Shown: piece by piece, positions 49,066-63,178 of the stretch
How positions within the stretch are numbered: the first letter of the stretch is position 1
How the letters are laid out: every line of letters begins with the position of its first letter
From: Chrysomallon squamiferum
Lineage: Eukaryota; Animalia; Mollusca
Assembly (NCBI GenBank): GCA_012295275.1
Contig: CM022675.1
Coordinates: 12,090,001-12,154,000 of the forward strand
Length of the DNA: 64,000 nt
Reading direction: 5' to 3'
Notes under the pieces: model-generated
Databases searched by the model: none
Told to the model about the DNA's origin: nothing
What the model saw: the letters and a program-made list of their open reading frames with translations, nothing else
Made by a program: the position numbers and the translations under genes

Positions 49066-49462
49066 TATAATTAGGTTCTTATGGGAACGTTATGATTCGG
49101 CTAAAGTCGTGAAAAACAGAAGTAAAATTAATTCGAGACAATATGAACATTGACCACAACAACAACAACAATAATAATAATATTTAATACAAAGAACTAA
49201 TTATAATTAAAATATCTATGTCCACAACGTGTTACTAAAACTCAAATAAGAATTACCAAATAAATCATGAAAGGAACCTTTTGTAAATATACGTAAAATA
49301 ATCATGCGATAAAGAGTGTGTATCTGTGTCTATGTCCTGTCATCTTTCATTGTGATTACAATTATAATGAACAAATATGTATTGTAAAGTGCTAAAAAAA
49401 AAAAACCGACAAAGAACAGGTTCAGTTAAAAATAAATAAAAACATGAGAGAGAAAAAAGTAA

Positions 49463-49493
<31 letters not shown>

Positions 49494-50378
49494 AAAGGCA
49501 CAAAAGAAAAATAAATGGTAGGTGATCATGAATTCCTTACCGTTAAATTAACTGGTTAAACAATCAGAATCAAATATTTTCTCCGTGTCGTGGTAGGATG
49601 CTGTTTTCCCCCAAAAAATCATCTAATGAATGCTTTTAAAATCTGTAGTTCCAGTTCTACTGGACAACAACAGCAGTTTCACTCGAATAAATTTGTGAAA
49701 GAATTTAACAGCAGACTAGGATGTCTCATTCGTCAAGGAAAAGCAAGAATTAATTCAAGCATCTTGAAGTGTTTCCTGAAAAATGTTGGGCTTTCATCGC
49801 GAAGGACACTTTTTTCTTAAACATTTTTTTCAGTTTTCATCTTCTTCATCTTCACGTTAAGAAAAAACTTAAAATAACTTGTAGGTACCTCTTGTCAACT
49901 GGGGGGGGGGGTGATTGGAAGAAAGAAAGAAAAATAATAAATAAAATTCAGAACAGAAAAACTTTGTTTCATATCGTTATTGTTGTCATGTCTCTGACAA
50001 CTTTTGGTATCTGTTTATTTGTTCATGGAGCTAGATTTATTTACGATGATGGGTTTTACAATTTAATTAGCTAAAGTCTTGTTTCTCTTGTGTGGGTGTG
50101 TGGGTGTGTGGGTGTGTGGGTGTGTGTTTTAATAACTCAGGATATAAAAGTATGCTGAGTGCTGAGTATCTTCATCTATCAAAACAACCACTTGAAACGT
50201 CATTACAACTTGAACTAGTGAATAATTTAGAAACGTCTGCCTTTGGTATGCTGTCTGGTTGCCTATATTACAAAACAATAACAACAAACGTATCAGTAGT
50301 ATATGTTAAGGGAATTAGTTATAGAAACAAAATGAATTACGATTATAATATACATCCAGTAAAGTCTAGTCGATGCGA

Positions 50379-50442
<64 letters not shown>

Positions 50443-50669
50443 AATATGTTGATTTAACCATTAGGCCACTAAGGTTTATCTGAAAATCCATTGTTTTGTC
50501 GTGGCAATACTACCTTTATAATAATAATTTTGAAAATCAGTATTTACATTTTTGTGGTGCCACTGTCATAAATTAAAAATTCGATTTTTGTATCGTGTGA
50601 TGGGCAATAGATATAACTTTTTTATGTATAGGCACCCCCACCCACGAATTGATACGGTCTGCTAGTCTT

Positions 50670-50807
50670 TCTCACAACCAATCGTAGCGGAGATAGTGGT
50701 ATGCTATAACGTATAGAAATGCCAAACCTGCCCTGTCAGCCTTGCGAACTCAACAAACTTTCAACCAATCAAATTCGTTGTCACAAACTTCACTAGCAAG
50801 AGTCAAT
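50670..50807 (+). promoter_or_regulatory. Probable amphiphysin promoter with two CCAAT boxes
   Basis: aaCCAATc at 50678 and 50765 in CpG-enriched DNA immediately upstream of ATG 50808. Confidence 0.5.
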
Positions 50808-53800
50808 ATGGCAGAAAACAGTAAAGGAGGGATATTAGCGAAGGCTCAGAAACGTCTTTCTCGCACAAAAACAAAGGTGAGACGGTGTTTCATTTTATGC
50901 TCACGTCGTAAACTATGTATCAACGAAACGTTCCTGTTAAAATGGTGTTCTCAGAGCAATTAGTTTTATTGAATGCATCCTTTAAAATCGCAGGTGTTTA
51001 CTTTTTATTTCACTGCATATAAACTTCGAAATTCGCTGTACATGTTAGCGTCTTGTCACTTTCGAGTGCAATATTTCTTAACTTAACAAAAATAAATTAA
51101 ATTAAATTAAATATATAAAGAAATAAAATAAAAATGAGAAAATTAATTTATTCAGTAAGAGTTATCAGTAAAATATTTTGATTACTGTTTGGAAGAAACA
51201 TGATTTTCGAGTTAAATTAAGAATCAAAAATAATATAATTACAATGATATATGCATAAATCAGAAGTTGCTAGTGTGAAAAGGGGCGTACTGACATTATT
51301 TTGCTGTCATTTGTTATAATGTGATGTAAGATGTGAAGAGATCTGTATCTGCAGATGTTACAATTAATATATGTCGAGAATACTACAATAAAATAGCATT
51401 AATATTAAACATAAAAGTTTCTCTTCCATAAAAGTTTGGAAGATACAAATTCATACATCCAACTAGATAACATTAGATAAAAAACAAACAAACAAATCAG
51501 ATGACTATATTACTGAATACTTTAGTGTATCACTGATTAGATTTAAGAATAAATATTACTAGTTACAGTATACACACACTAACTTAGTGAGCACAAGGTA
51601 ACTGTTGCATTTTCAACAATTTACAATGCTTTTGGTAATTATCTAGATTCTGTACTACAAGTCAAAGGTGTTTTGGGTTTCAGTGAGGAAAACTGATTGT
51701 TGGTGACTGAATATTTAGAGTATTACTAATATCAGTTCCATATTCATTTTTGTTTCTTTCTCTTTGTCACTCCCCTCTTCATTAATCATTTTTTATTTTT
51801 TATTTTTTTATTTTTTTTAATCAAAATGTTTAACTGTCGACACTTTTAATAAACACAGCTGTCAAAAACCCATATTACACATTACATATTTTATACGTTT
51901 ATTTTGAAGTTCTTTCAGAGATGTTAAGTTCATGTAGATCAACAAATTCATTTTGAAGTAAATTGTAAAAAGATTTTAAAAAAGAAGCATTAAATTTTAA
52001 GAGTATCATGTTAAAATCCAAAGTTACACAGGATATAAGTATTTTCTGACAACCATTAGTTTATTTTGATGTTTCTTTCAGTGACATGAACTTTATTTAG
52101 GCTGACAGATTCATTTTCAAGTAACTATTAAGACCTTTATTTTAATAAACACAGCAGTTATAAATCCTATATTACAAAGTACATATTTTATTATAACAAT
52201 AAGTTTATTATGAAGTTTCCAATGATGAGTTTATGTTGATTTAGAATTTAAAAAAAAACAAATTAATAAAATAAAAAAATAAAAATTATTATTACTTTTT
52301 TTTAAAGAATCATTCTCAAAAATCATATTAACAATATCATAAGCATTTCAAAATCCAAAACCCAAATATCAAGGTATATGTTTAATGATCACACTCGGTA
52401 TATTTTGAAGTTTCCTTTGGTGATTCTGTGACATACATTAAAGGGGTTGATGTTGAAGCTGTCGACTACTTGGCATTGTCAGTGTCAGTGAGATATATGT
52501 CAGAGAAGAAAGATTCATCATTCTCACTTGAACATCTGTCTTCAGTTTATATGTCACCGTGCAGTGGCCATTATTAATGTGATACAGAACACATCAAGGT
52601 TAACATAAAGAGTTAACAGAAAATTTAACTGTAATATATTAAAATGAAATGTATTAAATAAAAAATGTGAAATTAATCAGCTTTAGTTCAGTTGTTTACA
52701 TGTTAGTGTTTAAAAATTAAAATAATTAATAATTTAAACAAATAAATTATAAAATAACAACTGATGATTCCCTTTCTATTACAGTTACAATGAAACATTC
52801 AGGTTTGAGAAAATGTGATTTTGAAATTTATTAATTGTAATTATTTTAATTAAGGAGAGCTTTTTACATCCTGCTAGCTGAATAAGGCATTGGTCTCCTT
52901 TACACACAGTTTGGTGAAGTGAACTGTTTGATGTACATTTACAGATCTATGTCAGATAATTGGAATGTGATGGAAATGTGACAGTGATCATACTGACGCT
53001 TCTTCAGTTGTTTAAATAATGAACAGAAGGCATTTATGTGATTTATTAACATCATTACACAAATAGTTTCTGATGACTTCACATTTTTATTAATCTGTAA
53101 TTCTTTAATTTTTTTCTATTTCTTTAAGTTCAGATACACTTTTCCTGTAATTCAAATATCTTAACCTATGAACATTAAAGATTACGTTATTGATTTATTA
53201 CTAATAATTATTAATAGTATAGCATTTGATGTTGTAACAGCAGATTTACATATTACTGTAAAACTATTGAACAATTAATTGTGTATGATCTTAAACTCAC
53301 AATCTTAAATCCATTAGCAGAGCACAAGCTAGAATGAGAAATAGTTCATTTGGGTGCTCCGACGATTATTCCTGCAAACTGTCACATCTCACTCCTGCAC
53401 TGTTACAAGTGAACTACCTTTAACACTTGGGTGTGTGCTTGTGAACATAATTAATGTTATTTTAAACTTAAACAGTTCTTCTTTCACTCTCATTCAAGTT
53501 TGACGACATTGTAATATTCAAAGAAACAAAGGTACCAAAAATGTCCTCTTTCATGTTTTGTACCCAATATACAACTTGAAATGAATGTATTGTTGTTAGT
53601 GAAGTAACCGATTTGCATTACCTTAATGTTTGGGTCATAATTATTTGATGCATACAAACTATTTGTTACTTTTTTTATTACAGATATCTTCAGTAAAGCT
53701 TTTAGTTGTTAATATGTGTAAGGTTGTATATGAGTGTATATATGTGTCTCAGTAACATATAATTTGTTTTCTGATTAGTGTTTTTTGGCTATCTGCGATA

Positions 53801-56800
53801 ATGCCGATATTTGTTTTTCATGTAAAAGATACTTTCCTGCAAATGGGGAAAAGTATTCCATTGAATGATGTTGTCTGGTTTCTTCTCAGTTTTTTTTCAT
53901 TTTAGAAATTGCTATTGCTAAGTTTTCTTAAATTACAATGTTGTTGTTTTTTTAATAATAATAAATAATAACAAAAATAAATAAATAAGTAAATACATTT
54001 TTTTTAAAATATATATATACCAAATCTGGCATTACTTTCAGATTTTAAATCTGTATTTTGACTCTTTTCATTCACACTGTTTTATTCTCCCTTTTAATGA
54101 ATTTCATAATTTTTCAGTTCATTTCCTAGTCTAAAAAAATAAATAAATAAATAAAGAACAAACAAATAAATAAATAAATAAATAAGTAGCAATAAATAAA
54201 AGACAACAACAAACAAAAAGGTGAAAACAAATAATTTTAGAAATTTAAATAAACCAAACTCAAAGTAATAAAATGCTCATAAAATAAATATAAGCTGACA
54301 TTAAAATAAAAATAAAACTGAGTAATAAAAATGCAGTTAAGCTTGAATACATTTTATTTTTTATTTTATTTTTTATCGGTTAATGCTTTATTCATTATCA
54401 TGCAACTTTTGTGTTATCTATTACAGTGATGTTACTTTTGTAGTTAGGGATCCTCCCCTGATCTTGCCTGTCAGAATATTTCAATGCAAACTTTTCTCAA
54501 ATGAAACCACTTAACAGGAAGCAGGGGTTTTTTTGTTTGTTTTTTAACAGCATAAATTGTAAATGTCAACCTTTCTTTTTAAAGATTTTTTTTTTTTTTT
54601 TTTTCCGTAAAAAAGTAAAAGAATTTACCAATTACAGTGGTCACAGTAATTTCAGTCTTTTAAATATTTATTATTTTTCAGTAAAGAAAGTGAAACAAAA
54701 AGTTAAAAGAATGTACTAACAACATTATATTACTATAATTTACATTCTTTAAACATTTTAATGGTTATTATTGTTATTATTACTTTTTTTGATGTAAAAT
54801 TATTTATATGAATATGTCAAATAGCATAACAGTATGTATCAGAGGTAACATAAAAAACACATACCTGTGATTGTGTCATAACTGTTATGAAAACATTATA
54901 CTTCTGATATTTTTAGATTTTATAAATAAAATATATTTATGACATCTGAATCAGCATTATATAAACAAACATAACAAATCATACATACATTTTGACATAC
55001 TCACACACTAAAATAGGATGTACTTTATTACACATATTAAGAGATGTGTTCAAATTATATTTAAATGCACACGTGCAGGCAAACACAGAGGTGTATATGT
55101 GTTCACATATGTATGTACGTATTGAGTATGCAAATGTGAAAAAATGAAAACTGAGTTTGTATGAGCTAAATACTTGAGTTAAGACTGTAAATATGAGTAT
55201 TACGACATCATGGGATGCATTGTAATATTATGACATCATGGGATGCATTGTAATAAAACACCTTGATGAATGGAGAGGCATGTTTGTTAGTTTGATGACG
55301 TTCTTCTGAATACAATGAAGAGTGTTGACTCACTGGCAATAAGACGATATAATCTTACATATACTGTTGTGTTTTTAGCTTATGTTTCAGCTGTCTATAA
55401 GTATGTATTTGTGAGTGTATGTTTATTTTTTATTGTATCTGAATACATGCAAGCATACCTGAAAAGTTAATCACACACACATAAACATACATACATATAC
55501 ATGTACATGCGCATGCCTATATGTGTGTGTGCAGCATGAAAGTATCCTGTTGAAAAATAGCTCGCGAAAGATCAAACATGTTTATTTTCATTATTGGTTC
55601 AAGAATGCATGTCATGGAAACAATTTTTCTGATAGTTTTTTCGTGACTTCTTGAATATCATATTTTACATACAAATTTAGTTTTCTGTTTTGCAAAGAAA
55701 ATAAAAACTGCCATCCATCAGAGTTTCTGTTATTCAGTTGTCACCTGCTAAGTATTTTTTTGGAATGTGAAAATGGGACTTGACTTTTTAAAGTAATCAC
55801 AGGACACGAAGATACAAGTAGTTAGTTAATCCGTACAAGAATGGTCATTAGTGTTTTCTTTTTTAACAGTTGTACCAGGTTTTCATGATTATTTGACAGT
55901 TAGGTATGTGACATCTGTTGTTTGTGTGCATGTTTGTGAATGTCTGGGAAAGCGATTGGCTTCCAGTAGATAATATTAACAGGTTTCCTAGGTAACTTTA
56001 TAGAGAAAAGGAGAAATTGAAGATGAGGGGAAAGAGAATGGATGAGTAAGAGAAAATGTATCTGTGTGAAATAAGTACACTGGCATGTGTTAGTTTTGAG
56101 TGCTTGTCAAATAATAACAGTAATTCCAGTTACCTGGTTACCATGGTAATTTTACAGATCTTTACGGTGACATATTTTTGTGTGTGTGTTTGTGCATATG
56201 TAAATGTGTGAGCATATGGACGTGACTGAGCGGGTGCTGTGTAAACTGCAGCTGTAGCTTCTAATGCAGTGTAACAGGTTATGAGGAAGCTGAGCACTGA
56301 CCCAGAACATTCTACCCAGATACTTGATCCATTGTCCTTCTCATAAATAAAATTGACCAGTCATGCCTGAACAAATGTGTAAAAATTACTTACAGGTACC
56401 TTGTTATGGTATTGTTCTTTACAAAGCAAGGAGGTTTTGGGGAAGGGAAGTTACTGTTATCTGTTTTTGATTGAGTGGTCCCACATTTGTGAAAAATGTT
56501 CAGAAACTATCAGATTATCAGAAATTTAGTATGGAAATAATGCTTGTATGTTACTGAAGACATTTTAAATGTATTTTGATAGATTTTTAAAGCTGTTGTA
56601 ATATAAACCAAAAGTTAAATATATTACATTTCCATGTATTTATATTGTTGTTGACACCAACCTTTGTTTGTAATAAAGCATAATGACAAAATAACAAGTG
56701 CAAGGAGATGCAGAAATTATAAGTAAATCTTTTCTGTGCTTGTCACATAATTATCATCTTCTGTAAATTATTGCAGATAAGTCAAATCTTGCACTGGAAT

Positions 56801-57301
56801 CTTAATAATATTTTAATTAGTGCATTAGATATTGTAGTTGTATATCAAAAATATCTTTTTATGTATTTTATATTAAAAATATCTTTTTATGGACCTGACT
56901 TCTGTTTGGTACCATATTGGATTTTTCATCAATAAAACAAGTATTACAAGTAATCCTACATAAAAATCCTTTCTGTTCATTAATTCAAGTGTCTGTACAT
57001 TAAACAGGTATTATTAAACAAATTAATTTAGTTTAGCATAGTAACTGCACTAACTGCACTTATGTAATTACATTACAATACTTTCCTCAGTATAGTGTCC
57101 ATTTTCAGGATGCATTTGAATAATACACTTTTCCTGTTACACAACAGAAAATGGTGTTATTCTTAAAATAAATTTCTTTACCATTATATTTTGTTTTCTT
57201 TCCTGTTATTCTTAGTTTATGACTGAATATAAAGTGGACAAAATAATTATAGAAATTATGTTTTAAGAAGAAGAAGAAGAAGAGAAGCAATACAAATAAT
57301 A

Positions 57302-57349
<48 letters not shown>

Positions 57350-59863
57350 TGTGTGTTTGTTAACTTCCAAAACCAAGTGTTATAAATTTACAAATGTTCA
57401 GTATGTCTTCACAAGGCACTCTTTATAATAATAATCTTGCTCATTATCGTCACCATTAATATACTATATAATCACAAAGCACTCAGTAAAAATGTTCAGT
57501 ATTATGTCATGCACAATGGCTTTTTCTTTTTCACTGGTGTGTTATTCATTCATTATAAAGATAAAACAACTACTTAGTGTTAGGCATTTTGTCAGAAAAA
57601 CACATTGTAATGTGCTTTTTAAAAGGTCATAAAATAGTGAGAAAAAAATCATTTAAAATTACGATTGAACCCATTTTGTTTTCAAATGTGACAGCAATCC
57701 TCTGCAGGCAGTGATAAAGAGAATTTAAAAAAATGAGGAAAATAAAAATAACTTTAAAACAACAAATGATCCATTAAATAAGCAAAGTTGAAGTTTGTTT
57801 ATCTATGTCATATATATATATATTAATTATTAACAATTGATTTTTCACTGTTATACTTAAGAAGGATAAATGGATGTTATTTTCATAGCATATTATTGTC
57901 ATGTATAAATCATATTTTTATTCTTAATATTTTACACGGACAAAGTTTAAACACAAACACAATAGATAAGAAACATGATTTGTTATTGCCAGTAAATATT
58001 TTTACTTAGTAAAGACATTTTTAAAGGAATAGTTAATTAAAGTAAAAGCTTGATTTATATTTTAAAAATCCATATCTGTATCTTTAGCTGTAATATTTTT
58101 ATCTCAATTTTCTGCCTTTACTAGTATCATAATATTAAGGTTTTTGTCCCATAATTTGAATCAAAATATGGTTTTCCTTTGACACTACTGAAGTAATGGT
58201 TTTGCATTTTCTAGTGTTATAGGGTCAATATTTTATCCTTTAACAATCTTAATATTCTTTTTTTTTTTGTTTAAGCAATTTTACCAATCAAAGTTCAAAC
58301 ATTTTTACTGTCAAATTTCTGTCATTTTTTTCAGACTTAATGAAGTTAATCTCCGTTTCTACTTTCTTGGTAACTAAATTCTTTCTGTTAATGCCAGTTT
58401 TCTCTCTTGTGTATGTTTCTAATTTTACTACTGTTTTTTCAATATATAAATTAATTATTTATACAACATTTTCCTTTTTAACATTAATCTCACTGTTATA
58501 CTATTTTTGTATTAAAACTTCATCTTTCTACTGTTTCAAACTTCCATCCTTTTATAATCTTATATTAGAATTATGCCTTTTTTTTGTTTAAAAGTCCACA
58601 ATTTCTGTTGTTTCATTGCTGCCCTTTATGGATTCTTAATATCAGAGTGTACTTCCATATATATATCATGATGTCTCAGCTGTGCTCAGTCTACCATTTT
58701 ATGTCAGTTCTTTTTTGCTGCCTTTATGCATCTTTTCTGCCTTCTTTATACCATTTAGTATCATAGGTGTGATTTCAGAATCCAGTGTGGATATAGTTAA
58801 TTTAATGTACAGGTTCTGTTACAGATAATCACTGGAAATGGAATTCTTACAGGTGAAATACAAAACAGTAATTATTCTTACATATCAAATGACAGGTTAC
58901 AAAAAGAATAAATAAGTTCCTGTTTTTCTTTTCTTTTCTCCTTTTTCTCTCTTTAAGTTTCTGTCTAAGAGGACAGTAAGCAAAGTAAGTATCAGTTTCA
59001 AGTTCCATATTGACAGCTGTAGAGATTTTTGTTCGACAGTATCCAGTACACAGTTGTAAATATATCAAGTTACCTCATTGTTTAGATAGCAGTATCTTTG
59101 TATTGTTGTGTTACTTTAGATAGGATGGTCAGATGATAAACTGTGTTCATAGCAAATATGATAAAGTGCACTTAGTTGAATTACATTTATTGAATATTTA
59201 TTTACTGCCTCAGCACTTTAAATCTATTGGCAACTTGAATTTTATTGTTTTTGCTGGCAAAAATTGGTTTAAAAGCTAGAGAAATGACATGTTTGTAGGT
59301 TCCATAACTTTGTATTTTGAACAAACTTGCCTGACACTTGTAACAGAAACATTTGAACTTGTATGTCAGACTTGATATAAGAAAATGTGTTATATGTGGC
59401 TGTGGGCAGACCTCTGTGGTGGAGCGTCTGCTTATGATATGGTAGGTCATTTTCTTATTCCACTCAACTGGCTATAGGATTTGCTCTATCTGTGGGATGG
59501 CACATCTAAAAGAGTGCTTGCTGCTAATTGGAAAAATGGCTCATGACATAATGTGTTTTCTCTCCATTTATCAGAATTGTCCTTTATTGTTAGTTTTGTA
59601 TAATATAACTGTAAATAAAATATGCATGTGTCATCAAATAAGACCCTTCATTCCTATAAAAATATTTTAGGATTTTATTTACCTGTATTGTGAGACATAT
59701 CATTCATTATTCTGATCATTTTGTATGCAATTCAGTGATGTACAACTCCCAGTTTTATTATATCTACAGAATTTCCAATACAAAAATGCAAGGGAACAGA
59801 TAATAATTCTTGTAACACACCTCGTTTGTTTATACATACATACATATATACATTAATACTTAT

Positions 59864-59919
<56 letters not shown>

Positions 59920-61570
59920 ATACACTATGGACTCTCTGAAAACTTGCCATGGACTAATTTGGATTTCTGTGTAAATCGACACCATTTCAAAGTTCCATCC
60001 AGCTATCATTAATCTAATTATGAACAAAACCCTGTCTAATCTGGATGCTTTTGCTTTCGGGTGTAAATTGCAGGACAAAAGAAACAAATTGTATAGTAAT
60101 TAGTTTTGTCAACATTGCACACAATTTTGCAAGTACAATCATTTGTTAAACAATAGCAGCAATTTGCACTTCTTTGGAGGTTAAATAAACAACAATGACT
60201 TGCTTTTTGTAATTACTATATGCAGCTAGATGAGCAGGATTATTTCTAGTGTGTGTTGATACCTAAATGAAATCACTCATTTAGATTTAGCAGAAGTCTA
60301 CAATAAATATGTAGAGTGCACATTTTACATTGTTTTATTGAATTCATTGTAACGCCAGAGAGAACTCTATTTACGTAGCTTTTTAATTGTGATCTTTACC
60401 ATACACGTAATTCTGTACAGTCAGTTATCATGTCCATCTCACTTTAGTTTGTTTATAAATTTAAAACAACTGTGTTTATTATCAAACTCTAATCACAACA
60501 GTAAAACAATGAATTTTTTGCAGTTACTCATACAGTTGGTCACATGATTTATTAAAAAATGTAATTTGAGGGAAGTCCACTGGCTGATTTCAAAATGTGT
60601 TCATAATTTCTGGACAAAATTTAAATGATGCAAAATATATCGATATTTTCAACTTTCAAATCATATATTAAAAAGATAAGTAAATAAATAATAATAATAA
60701 TCAGTGAAATAATAATTAAAAAAAGAAGAAGGCAAGTTAAATTTTGACGTGCATTAAAAGTAAGTCAAAGTTTAGTACAAAAGGGCGAGTATTTCACCCA
60801 CCTTATCCACTCATGTGAACCCAGGCAATGCAATTTAAAATATGAAGTCAGGCAGCATTTGACATTTTAAAACATAGCTGACACTTGATTGATTTTTTAC
60901 TGTAACATTTGTAATAAAACATTCCAATTTCATGTCATTTATCTTTACAAACCGGTACTCTGTTTAATGTTGGTCCCAAGTGAATCGAATTTTGACAGTC
61001 TAGTGTGTGTGTGTGTGTGTGTGTGTTTGTGGTGTGTGTGTGGTGTGTGTGTGTGTGTGAGTGTGTGTGTGTGTTTGTGGTGTGTGTGTGGTGTGTGTGT
61101 GTGTTTGTGATGTGTGTGTGTGTGTGTGTGTGTGTGTTTGTGGTGTGTGTGTGAAAGAAAAGAGAATACATAAAATAATGATAACCTATTTATGATATAG
61201 ATTCTCTTGAAATTGCTTTGTATTTAGCCTATATTTACATAAATATATATACAGTATGTCATTGTTTTTTTGTTGTTGTTGTTTTTTCTATATAACTATG
61301 TAACTCATAAGGCTGGTTTCTACCCCAAAATTTAAAAAAAAATGTTTTTAACATTTTGCTGACTCTGGTTTTATGACAGGCTTAGTTGTTGAAAATGGAA
61401 AGATGAACAAGGAGCTGTGTCTGTACCATCATTGACAACATACCAGGTCAGAGCCACTATAGCCAGGCCACTGTCATTGTTCTGTGTGTTTACTTGAGAG
61501 ACACCACTGCTTGTTTAGAGTGTGCTCTTTGTACTGGTTAAAAAGCAAGGGAGAGGGAGAGGGAGAGGGA

Positions 61571-61641
<71 letters not shown>

Positions 61642-63178
61642 AGGGAGGGAGGGAGGGAGGGAGGGGGAGGGAGAAATTGTATAAATGTCATGGATAACTA
61701 AACAATTCTCAAGTATATATAGTTTCACAATCCACCTTTGTTAATTAGAGTTTTCATATTTGACTGTTCTACTAAAGGTAGCCTTATTCCTTTTTTTTTT
61801 TCCCTCTTGCCTACTTCTGATTAGATTTTTCTGTCACAAAGTTGTTAAATTTGTTGCTTCTTTCTTAAACACCAAAACATCATAGCTGATCATAGCTGAC
61901 TGTTTAATTAGGTAACTTGGACATGTTAAAATCCAATGAAATCAATATGTATTACTGACAGCTGGTGTGTTTAAATTAAATGTTGGCTTAGGACAATGTT
62001 CAGAAATTTCAATTTATGGTGAGTAGTTGCTAATAAAAAAAATTGAGAATATAATTAACCCTGCATTATAAATTTATACAGTTTATTTTTTTTTATTTGA
62101 TATTTTTTTTTTTTTAATGTTTATTTTATAATTGTTATGATTATACTTGTAATTTTTATTTTAGGTTTTACAAAACCTTGGTAAAGCGGAAAGAACAACA
62201 GATGAATCTTTGGATGAATGTGCACATCTGATAGATAAGCAGCAGGTAAGAAACTGCATCATCTATAAAATCTATTTCAGTCCATTTCAGCTGGTATTTG
62301 TTTTTATCTGTATCCACCTAGAAACTTCAACCTAGTGAACATCATCCCACTTATAAACAATGATCTTGTTATCATGGTTGTTATTTTTTATTTTTTATTT
62401 TTTTTAAATGAAATTTTTTTCTTTGTGAAAATTTTATTATCTATAAAGATGTTTCCACTTTCCTGAATTCCTGGATCAGCACTGATTTTTCATTTGACCA
62501 AGTCAGAAAAAGAATTTATTTTACCTATAAAATAAAATTATGCTTAAAATTCATACATAATTTATTTTAAAGCTGTCATTTTCCTTCAGGATTTTGTTTT
62601 CATTTTTTCATATTTACCTATGCATTTTCAAACTAAACTTACATATTTTAAATATTTAAAAATTTTATTATTATTATTATTATTATTATTTATTCTTTAT
62701 TCAAGTTATTGTTTTATTTTAGGACATTTTTTTAAAAATGATGCACATGTATTTTCGAACTAAATTACCATATAGTATGAAACTTTTAAAAAACATTAAT
62801 TTTTCAAATTATTATACTTATTTTAAAATGAAACCTGCAATATGTTTTCTGTGTTTTCTTGTATATGCATTTTTTTTTCCATCCACATATATTTAACTAT
62901 AAATTTTTAAACTATACTTGCAATATATTTTTAAGCTATTATTTTCTTACACTTTTTCTTCTTTTAAAAAAAATAAGTATGTTCAAACCATTTGCAATGA
63001 ATTTTTAAACTCTGAGAACATATTTGCACTTGCTGTGTCAGTGTATTCTACATTGTTAAATTAAAGTCATTGTCTTTCTAAACTGTACAAACTGGTGATT
63101 GTTTTCTGTTTTAACAATTTCAGGAAGTTGCACACAGAGTACAGAAGGATCTGCGACATTATATTCAGTGTGCTAGAG
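50808..63178 (+). CDS. Amph: Amphiphysin/BIN1 N-BAR protein, exons 1-3 (continues beyond window)
   Basis: Exons 50808-50876, 62165-62245 and 63124-63178 give MAENSKGGILAKAQKRLSRTKTK|VLQNLGKAERTTDESLDECAHLIDKQQ|EVAHRVQKDLRHYIQCAR, matching the amphiphysin H0/BAR N-terminus. The 81- and 55-nt exon sizes match the recalled AMPH/BIN1 structure. Confidence 0.92.
55983..56150. promoter_or_regulatory. Pair of RFX X-box-like palindromes in amphiphysin intron 1
   Basis: GTTTCCTAGGTAAC (55983-55996) and GTTACCATGGTAAT (56137-56150). Confidence 0.5.
59400..59655 (+). mobile_element. Degenerate SINE-like interspersed repeat
   Basis: Core tctgtgggatggcacatctaaaagagtgcttgctgctaattggaaaa...ataactgtaaataaaatatg resembles, from memory, an abundant gastropod SINE; not verified by search. 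Confidence 0.45.
61003..61673. repeat. (TG)n and (GA)n/(GGGA)n microsatellite tracts (many more (TAA)n, (CA)n and (CT)n tracts across the window)
   Basis: Direct reading: 61003-61153 TG-rich, 61549-61673 GA-rich. Confidence 0.95.

Noticed and set aside
49541-49880. Coding first exon for the minus-strand gene
   Set aside because: All three frames contain stops shortly before the donor; at most 5' UTR
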